Shown in pieces: positions 1 to 9,955 of a DNA stretch of 64,000 nucleotides; the stretch's first letter is position 1, and every line of letters starts with the position of its first letter. The notes beneath the pieces are model-generated. The model was not told the DNA's origin. It was given only the letters and a program-made list of their open reading frames with translations, and did no database searches. The DNA lies in NCBI GenBank assembly GCA_046290495.1, contig JBKAGT010000005.1, positions 897,550 to 961,549 of the forward strand. Reading direction: 5' to 3'. A program made the position numbers and the translations under genes. The stretch is from Chlorobiota bacterium. Lineage in GTDB: Bacteria; Bacteroidota; Ignavibacteria; Kapaibacteriales; UBA2268.

Positions 1-3000
1 GGAAAGACAGACGCTGATGGGAAATTAACTTATAAATATCCTATACCATCTGAAACAAAAGATTCTGCTTATCAATTTACTTTCTATGCCAATGAGACGT
101 TGGATGACGATCAGAAATCTAAACCCTTAAATGTAAGAGTCGTAGTAGGTGAAATTCCAATCCTTTTGGTAAGCATTACTCCAAATACTGACTACAAACT
201 AAAACCTAACGAAACTGAAAAAATAGAGATAACAGTTACTGAAGAAATAGAGGGTGAATCCGTTCCAGTTGAAGATGCACTAATTTACATACAGGATGGA
301 TTGAATGACGAAAAGTCATTTAGACCATTAGGCGAAACGGATGTGGATGGAGTGAGAAAATATGATATACTCGTTCCTGAAGACAAAGAGCAAGATGAGT
401 ATGAAATAAAGTTCTATGCCTCGAAAGATGAATATATAGATTCAGAAGAATCAATTGTGAAAGTTGACGTAAGTGTAGACTCATGTTGGCAAGAAGGTTC
501 ATTTGATTTCTGTACGAAGACTGGATGGGAAGAAAAAGAAGGAAGCCCAGTGATCAAAGCTAATGGAGAAGTTCTGATAAATAACCTCATCTCGTTCAAC
601 GGGACTATGGAAATAAACAAAGAGACTTTGAAGTTGAAGGCAAATGGTACTTTCTCAGTAAAAGATGTGCCGCTTCCTGGTGGTGGTAATGGCACAATAA
701 CTTTAATGAAAGGAAATCTGGTTGATGTAGAGCTCCTAGGTTCTAAAGGTAGTTTTACTAATTTAATAAATCAATCGCTCTCTTCCACACCAAAAGTATG
801 TGGAGTTAAATTAGAAAAAATAGATGATATTAAGTTGATTGGAGGTAAAAATGCATCTGGTGTCGAAATCAGTGCCTCTATAAAAGTACCAGGTTTTTCA
901 CCAGGATGTGATAAAGATGGCAAGAAACCAGTTGATACTGGCATAAAGGTAAAAGGACTGAAAATACAAAGAAATACAGGAATGTATTTTGATGGATTTG
1001 AGGTGTCTAACCTATCGCCTGCACCTAAGTTTTGTTTAAATAAACTGACTTATGACTATGATCAGAAGAAAGATAAACTTTCTCTGGGAGCTGAATTTAC
1101 AGTACCATTCATGAAAGTAGGTGCTGGTGCGGCATTCAGAGAAGCAAAGCTTGATAGCGTAGGGTTCAAGGGAACTTTAGCAAAAGGAATACCTATTGGT
1201 AATACGGGGGTATGTATTTTAGGTCTGGAAGGAAAAGCTCATGGTTTAGCATTTCCTCCACTAGAACTCACATTCGGTGGAACAGTAAATAATTGTCTTA
1301 ATAAGGATTTGATGGAAATAACTGCAAGAGCTGGTTACAAAGCTCCATCTACTTTGGTTATTAATGGTGAAGCTAAATTTATGAAGTTACCTGGCACTAC
1401 TTACTGGCAAATAATTGGTACTCCAGCAATTAGTTTTGACTACAATAATGCCATTTTAAATTTAAATTCACAACTAAAATGCGGTACATTTGACGGGAAA
1501 ACTTATGTGTTGAACGGTGCTTTTGACATGGGGTATAAGGCAGACGCTAACAAGTTTACTGGAAAAGTAAATGGAAGTCTGACTATACCAAAGCTAGCTT
1601 TCAAAGGGTTTCCATTTGATCTAATCCAAGCAAGAGTAAAGCTTCCTTACACTGCATCGATGAATGCTCTTGTTAATATGTCAGCAAACACTCGACATAT
1701 TTATACCGAATGTAACTTTGATGGGATAGGTAAATTTAATTTCCAATTAGACTTAACAAAAGCGAGCAATGACACAGAATTCTTTACATATAATAAAGGA
1801 AAGCAAGTCATACCTTCTATTGTTGCAGGAGGAAAAAGTGGGGACTCAAAACAAAAAGATGATCATGGGATATTAGCTGATATTGAAAAGAGCATCAATA
1901 TTCCAGCAAATTCTGAGTGGATGTATGTTAGAATAAATAACGAAACACAGGCACCAGAAAGCAAATTGATAATGCCCGACGGAACTGAGCTAACAGAAGC
2001 TGACGAGGAAGCAAATATCCTGCACTTCAATTCAGAAGATGGAATGACTTCATTCTGGTCCATTGAAGCTCCAATGGCTGGCGAATGGGAGATAGTATTA
2101 TTAGATGGTTCCGAGGATGACATTGTGGAAGTTTATTTAACTGAAAAAGAAACACCTTTCTCAATAACTGCAACCCAAAATAACGAAGACGTTACATTAT
2201 CTTGGGACGTGAGTTCATTCGAGCCGACTGATATTATTGAGTTTTATATAGACAATGATGGAGAAGGATATGATGGAATTCAATTTGCTGAGGTCCCTGC
2301 AACTCAGGCTGAATTTATCTTCACATTAGCAGATTCGATGGGTTATTGTAGCAATCATATTTATGCTTATGTGCAGACTGCGGACGAAGAGCTATTAGTT
2401 ACTGGCTATGCAGATTCACCAATCTTCAATGAAAAGAGTTCATTACCTCCACCACATGATATGACTGCCGTTTACTACACAACAGGTAAGCAATTGACTG
2501 TTAGCTGGATGCCAAATAATATGGAGAACGTGGCAGGATATTATGTAATAGTAACTGACAAAGATGGCAATGATTCCACTTATGCTATTGCTTATGCGAA
2601 TGATAATCAAGTTCAGTTCCCATTGGAAAGCAATGAAGGCATATCAATCCGTGTGGCAGCAATAGATGAAGAGTACAGAAGCGGTTGCCCATCTGAACCA
2701 ATTGATATTACAACTGACGTAGAAACGGAACCTATTACAGGATTGGTATTCGATGAAAGTAGAATAGCAATAGTGCCTAATCCAGTTAGTGATATAACTA
2801 ATATATCATTCAAGCTGAATGGTAACTCTTATGTAAGATTGGGAGTTTATGACATGTACGGAAATAGAATTGCTGAAATTGCTGAAGGCTTCTACGAATC
2901 GGGTGTAATAAATAACAGTTGGAATCCTAAGGGACTACCGTCAGGTACATATTTGGTGAAATTAGAAGCTGAGGATATGTACACAACACAGAAGTTGATA

Positions 3001-3012
3001 CTTATAAAATAA
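1..3012 (+). CDS. Large secreted protein with T9SS type-A C-terminal sorting domain; 5'-partial (frame open to window start)
   Basis: Frame 1 is open from position 1. C-terminus ...IVPNPVSDITNISFKLNGNSYVRLGVYDMYGNRIA...PSGTYLVKLEAEDMYTTQKLILIK is a typical Por_Secre_tail. Repeated beta-sandwich-like modules. Confidence 0.8.
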   Translation, partial: GKTDADGKLTYKYPIPSETKDSAYQFTFYANETLDDDQKSKPLNVRVVVGEIPILLVSITPNTDYKLKPNETEKIEITVTEEIEGESVPVEDALIYIQDGLNDEKSFRPLGETDVDGVRKYDILVPEDKEQDEYEIKFYASKDEYIDSEESIVKVDVSVDSCWQEGSFDFCTKTGWEEKEGSPVIKANGEVLINNLISFNGTMEINKETLKLKANGTFSVKDVPLPGGGNGTITLMKGNLVDVELLGSKGSFTNLINQSLSSTPKVCGVKLEKIDDIKLIGGKNASGVEISASIKVPGFSPGCDKDGKKPVDTGIKVKGLKIQRNTGMYFDGFEVSNLSPAPKFCLNKLTYDYDQKKDKLSLGAEFTVPFMKVGAGAAFREAKLDSVGFKGTLAKGIPIGNTGVCILGLEGKAHGLAFPPLELTFGGTVNNCLNKDLMEITARAGYKAPSTLVINGEAKFMKLPGTTYWQIIGTPAISFDYNNAILNLNSQLKCGTFDGKTYVLNGAFDMGYKADANKFTGKVNGSLTIPKLAFKGFPFDLIQARVKLPYTASMNALVNMSANTRHIYTECNFDGIGKFNFQLDLTKASNDTEFFTYNKGKQVIPSIVAGGKSGDSKQKDDHGILADIEKSINIPANSEWMYVRINNETQAPESKLIMPDGTELTEADEEANILHFNSEDGMTSFWSIEAPMAGEWEIVLLDGSEDDIVEVYLTEKETPFSITATQNNEDVTLSWDVSSFEPTDIIEFYIDNDGEGYDGIQFAEVPATQAEFIFTLADSMGYCSNHIYAYVQTADEELLVTGYADSPIFNEKSSLPPPHDMTAVYYTTGKQLTVSWMPNNMENVAGYYVIVTDKDGNDSTYAIAYANDNQVQFPLESNEGISIRVAAIDEEYRSGCPSEPIDITTDVETEPITGLVFDESRIAIVPNPVSDITNISFKLNGNSYVRLGVYDMYGNRIAEIAEGFYESGVINNSWNPKGLPSGTYLVKLEAEDMYTTQKLILIK

Positions 3013-3035
3013 CAATCTGAAAATAGTTAAAATGT

Positions 3036-3072
3036 AAATCCCGATGCTTGTTGCAAGTGTTGGGATTTTTTT
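3036..3072 (+). terminator. Rho-independent terminator hairpin (aaatccc...gggattttttt)
   Basis: Inverted repeat followed by a T-run immediately after the stop at 3012. Confidence 0.55.
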
Positions 3073-3170
3073 GTTTGGTTTCAAATAAGTCGAAATAGAT
3101 TGGGGTTTGAAGTTGAATTTATATGGCGAAGTAAAGTTAAAAAAATAGACTAGACTGAACCATTTATCCT

Positions 3171-3713
3171 TCATTTAAGAATCTCTTCATTTATATCACT
3201 TACAGCTTCTAATAAAATCTTTCTTATGTTTCTATCATATTTTTCAGCAAAGGCAGAAAACTTTTCTTCCTCTCGAATTCCTCGTGGCCATCTCTTCATA
3301 TATTTAACAGGATATAGATAAAAATAAAAAAAGTTATAGATAAAATCATCATCTTTATTTTTTAAAATGTTAATTATCTCGATATTATTTTCTTCAACAA
3401 ACAAAAAAAGTTTGAGATCAAACATACACTGATCACCTTTTGACATATAGCTATTGTATCTTTTCGCACCAGACAATGCAAATTTCTCAACAATTGACTC
3501 AATGCTTACACAAGATCCGTTAAAAATACTATCAATATATATACTATAGTTCGTATAACTCCCAGGTACTCCGTAATGTTTGTATATATCAAGAGTAAGT
3601 TTATCAAAATATTTTTTTACTTCTTCACAAATTATATCAGATGCACTTACGTTGAATGAGTACATAAAGAAGAATAGTAATGTTAAAATCTTACTTAATT
3701 TTATGGGAGTCAT
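3171..3713 (-). CDS. Hypothetical secreted protein (N-terminal signal peptide)
   Basis: ORF with hydrophobic N-terminus MTPIKLSKILTLLFFFMYSFNVSASD; no recognisable domain. Confidence 0.5.
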   Translation of the reverse strand: MTPIKLSKILTLLFFFMYSFNVSASDIICEEVKKYFDKLTLDIYKHYGVPGSYTNYSIYIDSIFNGSCVSIESIVEKFALSGAKRYNSYMSKGDQCMFDLKLFLFVEENNIEIINILKNKDDDFIYNFFYFYLYPVKYMKRWPRGIREEEKFSAFAEKYDRNIRKILLEAVSDINEEILK

Positions 3714-3756
3714 TTAATTTCACCTTTGCACTTTTGTAGCCACTTTTTGAAAATAA

Positions 3757-4533
3757 TCATTTTCCATAAATGCCAATTATGAACTTTTCATATTGATAAT
3801 CATATATTTTTATATCTGACACCATTCCACTCTTTAAATCAATTGTATATTTACCTATTAGTCTATTTTTTTCGTCAGATACAAAAACCATATTTCCTTC
3901 TAACTTTCTTCTCAATATTGTATTTTCTGTCATTGGTAATACTGTTGATTCCTCAATAGTAAATAGTTTAATTAATTCGTTATTAATAATCTTATAATAG
4001 TGCAAATTTACTGTATTAACTGCAGTTCCATTATGCATTCTTTCTCTAATTAAGATCTCATTGTTATTATCATTATCTATATCTTTGATTTCCAATAGGT
4101 TTTCATTAATCAACCTATATTCTTCACTGAAACCTGATTCATTATTCTCCATGTTATTAGCATAGATTTCATCCTTAAGTAAATGAGTGTTTTTATTCTT
4201 TTTATTGAATAAAACTATGCTATAAAATTTAGTGGTAACTTCCTTTGTTTTAACAATATATACATCATAGTTTTCATTATAAAAAATATTAAATGCACAT
4301 TCGAATTGAATATATCCCTCCCCAATATTTAAATTTTCAACCAGCATTTTAGTTACATCGTCTGGAATTCTAACTTGACTTGAGTCATCTACACAAGTAG
4401 AAACAAAAGTATTTTCTTCCAATTTCGTAGCAAAATAGCTTTGTGAATTTAAACTAGTGGTTAAAAATATTAGATTTAGAATTATCAAATTTATTATCAA
4501 GTCATTTGGAATATAATAATTAAAATTTACCAA
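3757..4533 (-). CDS. Hypothetical protein with N-terminal hydrophobic segment
   Basis: 258-aa ORF; start overlaps upstream ORF by 7 bp (translational coupling). Confidence 0.5.
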   Translation of the reverse strand: MVNFNYYIPNDLIINLIILNLIFLTTSLNSQSYFATKLEENTFVSTCVDDSSQVRIPDDVTKMLVENLNIGEGYIQFECAFNIFYNENYDVYIVKTKEVTTKFYSIVLFNKKNKNTHLLKDEIYANNMENNESGFSEEYRLINENLLEIKDIDNDNNNEILIRERMHNGTAVNTVNLHYYKIINNELIKLFTIEESTVLPMTENTILRRKLEGNMVFVSDEKNRLIGKYTIDLKSGMVSDIKIYDYQYEKFIIGIYGK

Positions 4534-4940
4534 TTGTCATCCATACTTATTTCGGCATACTTAATTGGCTCAATATATTCTTCTCCTAATTTATTAAGCA
4601 ATTGACGTGATAGAAAAGAACTTTTATTCAATTCCTCACTTTTCTTGGCCAATACTTTATACCATTGTCCAGAATAAAGTTCAGACAAAATACTTTGTAT
4701 ACCTAGAAGGTTTGAAATAACTTCATCGTCTAACTTAGGATTAATATTCTCCAGCTTTTTTAAAAACTCATGCTTTAACAATGTATCCAATCTATGTATT
4801 GCTTCTGCAAATATTTTTAAATCTGCTTCTGAATAGTCTTTTAGATTCGTAGCCAAAATCATTAGTACATAAACTATTTCTTCATAATGAAATTTCAATA
4901 TTTCTCTTTTCATTATTATACTACTTTTAGTGTAAATCAA
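4527..4940 (-). CDS. Hypothetical cytoplasmic protein
   Basis: 137-aa ORF with no signal peptide; alternative start at MKREILKF. Confidence 0.45.
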   Translation of the reverse strand: MIYTKSSIIMKREILKFHYEEIVYVLMILATNLKDYSEADLKIFAEAIHRLDTLLKHEFLKKLENINPKLDDEVISNLLGIQSILSELYSGQWYKVLAKKSEELNKSSFLSRQLLNKLGEEYIEPIKYAEISMDDNW

Positions 4941-4962
4941 ACTCTCAATTCCAATTCAATCA

Positions 4963-4995
4963 TCAATCACACCCTAATGAGTCTTTCCATAATGA
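4963..4995 (-). pseudogene. Orphan 3'-end fragment (SLWKDSLGCD*) of a paralog of the 5766..6242 lipoprotein gene
   Basis: Translates to SLWKDSLGCD-stop, versus IWKDSIGCD-stop at the end of gene 5766..6242; about 85% nucleotide identity over about 32 bp. Confidence 0.6.
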
Positions 4996-5002
4996 CATAC
5001 AA

Positions 5003-5680
5003 TTATTTATATTTATTGATTAAATCGTCTATATTGAGTTTATATAAAACTGAATTTATTTGATCATGATCTTCATCAAATGGATATAACCATATGTAAA
5101 GCTCATTTGAATATTTAATATAGAATTTAATCCATACATGTCCTATTTCGTCTAATCTTATAATATACTTTTGATTATCTTTTATTAAAGTAACCAAATA
5201 ATATAGTCTTTCATGATGTACTGGACCATATGAAAACGACTGAAAATAAATCTCGTAATCAGACTCCATATTGAATGCAACAGGACGAGTATATCGATTA
5301 GCGTACTTATAATACTTTTCTTGCAACATTATATTATCTAGAGTCAAGGAGTCATCTTTAGATATGTAATCAAGTAATTCTCCAGAATTTCTATCAAATT
5401 TGTAAATATTTTCAAAATGTGCTGACTTTAAAGTTTCTCTATTCGTTTTTTCAAAATAGTGAGTTAAAAGTAAAGTATCTTCGACAATTGACATTACATC
5501 ATAATGATCAATCCTAAAATCAAGATTTCGTTGCCATTCGAAATCAATTTTCTTCAGATTAATATCTATATCATCATTATTTGTTGTAGAACAACTAAAT
5601 GTAAACAATAATAATATTGATAAAATTAGTCTTTTAGTTTTAATCAAACATCGAATATAACTTAATTCAGTAATTATCAC
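5003..5680 (-). CDS. Hypothetical lipoprotein
   Basis: Lipobox LLLFTFSCSTT; the tracked start is GTG; an internal TTG start (MIKTKRLILSILLLFTFSCS) gives a cleaner signal peptide. Confidence 0.55.
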   Translation of the reverse strand: MIITELSYIRCLIKTKRLILSILLLFTFSCSTTNNDDIDINLKKIDFEWQRNLDFRIDHYDVMSIVEDTLLLTHYFEKTNRETLKSAHFENIYKFDRNSGELLDYISKDDSLTLDNIMLQEKYYKYANRYTRPVAFNMESDYEIYFQSFSYGPVHHERLYYLVTLIKDNQKYIIRLDEIGHVWIKFYIKYSNELYIWLYPFDEDHDQINSVLYKLNIDDLINKYK

Positions 5681-5758
5681 TTCACTATCACCATTCGAGA
5701 ATTATATAAAATATCGCCTGATTGAACTACCACAGAATAAATACCAGAATTGAAATCC
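5681..5758 (-). pseudogene. Orphan fragment encoding the last ~26 codons of a T9SS C-terminal domain (copy of the 3' end of gene 6247..9954)
   Basis: Translates to DFNSGIYSVVVQSGDILYNSRMVIVK-stop, versus DFISGNYYVVVQSGDILYHSRMVIVK-stop at the end of the 1235-aa gene; identity ends exactly at the stop codon. Confidence 0.75.
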
Positions 5759-5765
5759 CTTTCCA

Positions 5766-6242
5766 TTAATCACATCCTATTGAGTCTTTCCAAATCTTTA
5801 TATCTTTTTTAAATTTCTCCATATCATTTGGAGGGTAATAATATGGAATTACTTGATTATTATCTGTTCCATAATAACCAAAGTGGTCAACCATTGCATT
5901 TGGTCCTTTATTTGTTATTTCTTCAATTTCTCTAAAAATCCAATAGTAAAAATTTTCAATTTTCCCATTGTTAAAGGATACAAGTGTTGTATCAAATACT
6001 ACATCATTTATTGAATTACTATCTTTATTGTTAATAACCTTTATATATAAAGTATAAACAGAATCGATAAATTCAACTTTTTTACAGTTTTCTAATTGCC
6101 TAAACTCTTCCCAATTTGTTTGTATGTGATGATTTTGAAATGTATAATCCTCAGGTTTAATATCTCTCAATCTCACATTTTTGCAAGCGCAAATTGAAAT
6201 TAAGATATAAATTAATAAGCATCCATTGAATCCATACTTCAT
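5766..6242 (-). CDS. Hypothetical lipoprotein
   Basis: Signal peptide plus Cys (ILISICACKN); start is 4 bp after the stop of the upstream T9SS cargo gene. Confidence 0.55.
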   Translation of the reverse strand: MKYGFNGCLLIYILISICACKNVRLRDIKPEDYTFQNHHIQTNWEEFRQLENCKKVEFIDSVYTLYIKVINNKDSNSINDVVFDTTLVSFNNGKIENFYYWIFREIEEITNKGPNAMVDHFGYYGTDNNQVIPYYYPPNDMEKFKKDIKIWKDSIGCD

Positions 6243-6246
6243 ATTT

Positions 6247-9200
6247 CTACTTCACTATCACCATTCGCGAATGATATAAAATATCGCCTGATTGAACTAC
6301 TACATAGTAGTTTCCAGAAATGAAATCGTTCGCATCGAATTGAACTAAGTGAGGCCCTTCTGTTAGGTTTTTGCTTATTGTTGTTATTTGTGTACCCAGA
6401 TTATCATATACGTTGATGTTGACTTCTCTCTGCTCTTTTACATATAGCTCAAAATAGCCGGTATTACTTATTGGGTTTGGTCTAATGTTGAAAATCAATC
6501 CGTTCGCATTTGTAGCATCTATTAATCTCTTGTCAAATGAACAGTACTCTGCTACTAACTTACCATCTCTTGTGTTTACAATTGAATATCCATCTGCAAA
6601 ATTATCTACTTCTATTTCCAGTGGAGTCTCAAAATCATCGCCCAATAGCACTTCTGCATTCAGCATTGCGAGTAGTCCGTCTTGGTTCACAATACCATTC
6701 GAAGTAACATTAATGTTATCCATATTTATTGTCATATTTTCATTGCCAGCTACAAAGCCCTCTTGGACTGGTGTGTCATTAAATCGAGCAATTTTGTAGT
6801 TGTGTGATATAGTAAAATCAATACCTGTTTTGTTTGCATCATTCATCAGCTGAGCAATATCTTCAGTAGTTAGACCTGTTCCGTCTTTTGGAACAATTCT
6901 GATTGGAATATCAACATCTGTTCCTACCATACCAATTACACTTTCCACAAATATATCAGCACAGACCACTCCCCTACCTCGTATCAGTAGCGTGTCAGAC
7001 CCTGCCAACCAATCACCATTACTTTCAAAATATATCTTCTTTTCAAAGTCACCTATTTGATCAGGAGAAAAGTTTATATTTACATCTTCACTTTGGTCAA
7101 TCGCTATTGTTAGCGGTAAGCTAGCGTCTACATTTATATTACCATTGCCAGACTCAATTGCTGAAGTTACATCCAAATCACCATTTCCAAAGTTTCTGAT
7201 AGCAGTTGTAGTGTCTATTGATTCACCAATACAAATCTCACCTAGATAGATAGAATTATCTCTCATATTAATAACAGGTCTGAATCCACGACCTGTTAGC
7301 TCAGTATTTTCTGGGTCTTCACATATTGCATCGTCATTCATTATATAGTCAACAAATGCTGATCTGTTTTCTACATCTTGTGGATCAAATTGAACGTCAA
7401 ATGTCTGACTCTCTCCCGGATTCAGGTAGATAGGGTAATTAACTCCAGCAGGCAGAATAACGGAATAATCATTTGGATGAACACCTCTTATCTTTATTTC
7501 ATCAATCTCCACACCTGCTGACCCAGTAGAAGTAACAGTTGCCTGCAGTACAGATGAGTTTCCAATTCTTACATCTCCAAAATCTTTCGTAATCTCAGTA
7601 ACTAACGAACGAGTAACTACTACAGCCTTTATATCTTTTGTAATCTCAAATCCAGTACTTGTTCTGATTGTAATAGTACCGCTGTAATCACCCTCATTAG
7701 TAAACTCAGCAACAATATTAGCATTAGCACTACCCTCCGACGGGATTGTGAACTTCACAGGATTAACAGTAAAGGCATCACTTGTTGATGTTATAATAAC
7801 CGTGTCTATATCAACCACACAAGCTGTTGGATTATCTAATTCGAGACTAAATGGATATTTTGTTCCAGGGCAAATGGTATCATAATCTACTTCTGTTTGT
7901 TGTATCTCAAATATTGGCAGGTCCCCCCTACCAATCACTACAAGAGTATCGAATCCTGGGGCGGACTGACTTTCTATTACCAGCAAAGTGGTATCTGAGC
8001 CCTGCGTGTTCGGTATAAACTGAATCATTGCCCTACCGATAGAACCGTCATCCACTTTAGGAATTACTAATGGAAAATCATTTGCGTTGGCTAATGAGTA
8101 TTGATTTAAAGAATTTCTGTAGAAATTATAGTCTTGGATTGTAACATCACAACCACCCTGGTTGAGTATTGCCCATTCGAAAGTAGCAGTATCGCCTATA
8201 CAAATAGCTCCCAAATCGAGTGTATCAGTTTCATTAGCAAGGAAAAATTCTTCACTCTTTCCAGTACCAGATATAACAGCCGTATCTCTGACAATCAATG
8301 TGTCCCCACCAGGGAAGCCATCAAAATCTCTAATTTCTACAATCAGATTTGCTTGAAAATTACCCAAAGCACCTGGCTGAAAATGTATATCAAGAGGCGT
8401 AGCAACATTAGGAGGCAATGTCCCCGGCAATGCTTGTGCTATACTAAAATATCCTACATCTGGAGCATTACCTTCTATGTATATATCTACCACATCGCGG
8501 CACCTTACATCTTTAAGAAATATTTGTGCTGCAGTTGTGTCAGCTGTTGAAGGGCAAACAAATCCGAAATCTATATCAGGAATAGAATCCCTACTGAGAA
8601 TACCTGGCACCTTGACGCATAGCTCATCCACTGCAAGTGTATCATCGACGTTACCCATTAGTCTTATAGGTACTTTTAACTCAGCATCATAAAGTCTTGG
8701 GTCTGCAAAAAATGAGACTTCACCAACTGCTGATGTATTTTCGACCAATGCATCCGGCGTTATACTATTAAGAATCGCATCAGTGTGTAGCCCTGCCGGA
8801 AGAGCATCAAGCTCTATTCTTACATTATTGAAAGTATTGTCTTTCGTGTTTGTGATAATAAACAATACATCCAAAGTATCTGGGTAGTATGGATGATAAT
8901 CTGGGTCATTACAATCAACTTGATGCAAAGTATCAAACGGAACACATCCATCAGGTCTAGCATAGAATATGCCATCTCCAGCACCTGCTGATTGCCCACC
9001 ACCGGTTGTTGAACCTGCATCTACAACTTTTAGCGAGTCAACAATACCAATCTCTGTTGAAGCAAGGACTTTCTTCTGCCCTGCCCCTACCGTTTCCTCA
9101 TCCCAAATTAATAACACTGCACTATCTGTATATGTTAGAGTATTGTCAGCACTTCTATCTTTCCACAAGAATTTTCCAAGTCCCTTAACCGTACTTTGTG

Positions 9201-9954
9201 CAGTGTAGTCAGCCCAATTCCCAAACATGAAAAAGTCTGGTGTTATTAACCCAGGTTCTTGCAAATTGCCCCTCGCAGTCAAACCAGGTTGCACTGTACT
9301 TCCTTCCAACGCCAACCAAAACTCTGGCATTATAGAACCAACTGCATTGGTGAACTGTTGCTCTGTGTTATAGTATCCATTCGATGTTACAATAGGTGCT
9401 CTGTCATTGTCACCAATTTTAGTGTCAATTAGTAATAGCACCCCAACATCATGCGCTTTTGATGAAGTATCGGCAGCAACAGACATTTTGATAAACCCAC
9501 CACTTGGTCTTTTGCTTGGCTCCATAGAAAATGTGAATATTACTTCTTCACCGTCTGGCATCTCAGCGATTAGCTCTGAATTTATCCGCGGAATTCCGTT
9601 CAAAGTGTCTCTGAATAAAGTAGAAACTGTTAGAGGGTTTTGAGGTGGTGGCATTTCCGTTGTAGGATCTTCCTCAAAAGGGAGTTGGAATATAATCCCA
9701 TCAATCATCAGATGAACATGTGAAGTGAAGTTTGGAGGAGTAATTCCACCCCCATCTTCACTATATATCAAAGATTTTGGATCATCAGATGGATTCAGAT
9801 ATGAAGTTTTAGCATAAAAATGTCCATTCTTTAAAATAACAGCATCCAATAAATATGGCGGAAGCAAATCCTCTAACTTCAACTCTTGCTGAGCCGGAAG
9901 TAATGCAGGTGCAATAATCAATGCAAGTATCAATATTTTAAATAATCTTATCAT
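6247..9954 (-). CDS. Large secreted multi-domain (Ig-like beta-sandwich) protein with T9SS type-A C-terminal domain
   Basis: Signal peptide MIRLFKILILALIIAPALLPAQQ; repeated about 100-aa modules with GRG/GTG motifs; C-terminus NPISNTGYFELYV...SGNYYVVVQSGDILYHSRMVIVK. Confidence 0.8.
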   Translation of the reverse strand: MIRLFKILILALIIAPALLPAQQELKLEDLLPPYLLDAVILKNGHFYAKTSYLNPSDDPKSLIYSEDGGGITPPNFTSHVHLMIDGIIFQLPFEEDPTTEMPPPQNPLTVSTLFRDTLNGIPRINSELIAEMPDGEEVIFTFSMEPSKRPSGGFIKMSVAADTSSKAHDVGVLLLIDTKIGDNDRAPIVTSNGYYNTEQQFTNAVGSIMPEFWLALEGSTVQPGLTARGNLQEPGLITPDFFMFGNWADYTAQSTVKGLGKFLWKDRSADNTLTYTDSAVLLIWDEETVGAGQKKVLASTEIGIVDSLKVVDAGSTTGGGQSAGAGDGIFYARPDGCVPFDTLHQVDCNDPDYHPYYPDTLDVLFIITNTKDNTFNNVRIELDALPAGLHTDAILNSITPDALVENTSAVGEVSFFADPRLYDAELKVPIRLMGNVDDTLAVDELCVKVPGILSRDSIPDIDFGFVCPSTADTTAAQIFLKDVRCRDVVDIYIEGNAPDVGYFSIAQALPGTLPPNVATPLDIHFQPGALGNFQANLIVEIRDFDGFPGGDTLIVRDTAVISGTGKSEEFFLANETDTLDLGAICIGDTATFEWAILNQGGCDVTIQDYNFYRNSLNQYSLANANDFPLVIPKVDDGSIGRAMIQFIPNTQGSDTTLLVIESQSAPGFDTLVVIGRGDLPIFEIQQTEVDYDTICPGTKYPFSLELDNPTACVVDIDTVIITSTSDAFTVNPVKFTIPSEGSANANIVAEFTNEGDYSGTITIRTSTGFEITKDIKAVVVTRSLVTEITKDFGDVRIGNSSVLQATVTSTGSAGVEIDEIKIRGVHPNDYSVILPAGVNYPIYLNPGESQTFDVQFDPQDVENRSAFVDYIMNDDAICEDPENTELTGRGFRPVINMRDNSIYLGEICIGESIDTTTAIRNFGNGDLDVTSAIESGNGNINVDASLPLTIAIDQSEDVNINFSPDQIGDFEKKIYFESNGDWLAGSDTLLIRGRGVVCADIFVESVIGMVGTDVDIPIRIVPKDGTGLTTEDIAQLMNDANKTGIDFTISHNYKIARFNDTPVQEGFVAGNENMTINMDNINVTSNGIVNQDGLLAMLNAEVLLGDDFETPLEIEVDNFADGYSIVNTRDGKLVAEYCSFDKRLIDATNANGLIFNIRPNPISNTGYFELYVKEQREVNINVYDNLGTQITTISKNLTEGPHLVQFDANDFISGNYYVVVQSGDILYHSRMVIVK

Positions 9955-9955
9955 A

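Noticed and set aside
320-2813. Several 60-93-aa antisense ORFs inside the first large gene (320..502, 414..695, 1863..2123, 2613..2813)
   Set aside because: Fully embedded antisense to a long ORF that has clear domain structure; typical spurious ORFs.
6485-9643. Multiple plus-strand ORFs (up to 138 aa) within the 1235-aa minus-strand gene
   Set aside because: Antisense to a continuous 3.7-kb ORF with signal peptide and T9SS C-terminal domain; low-complexity translations.
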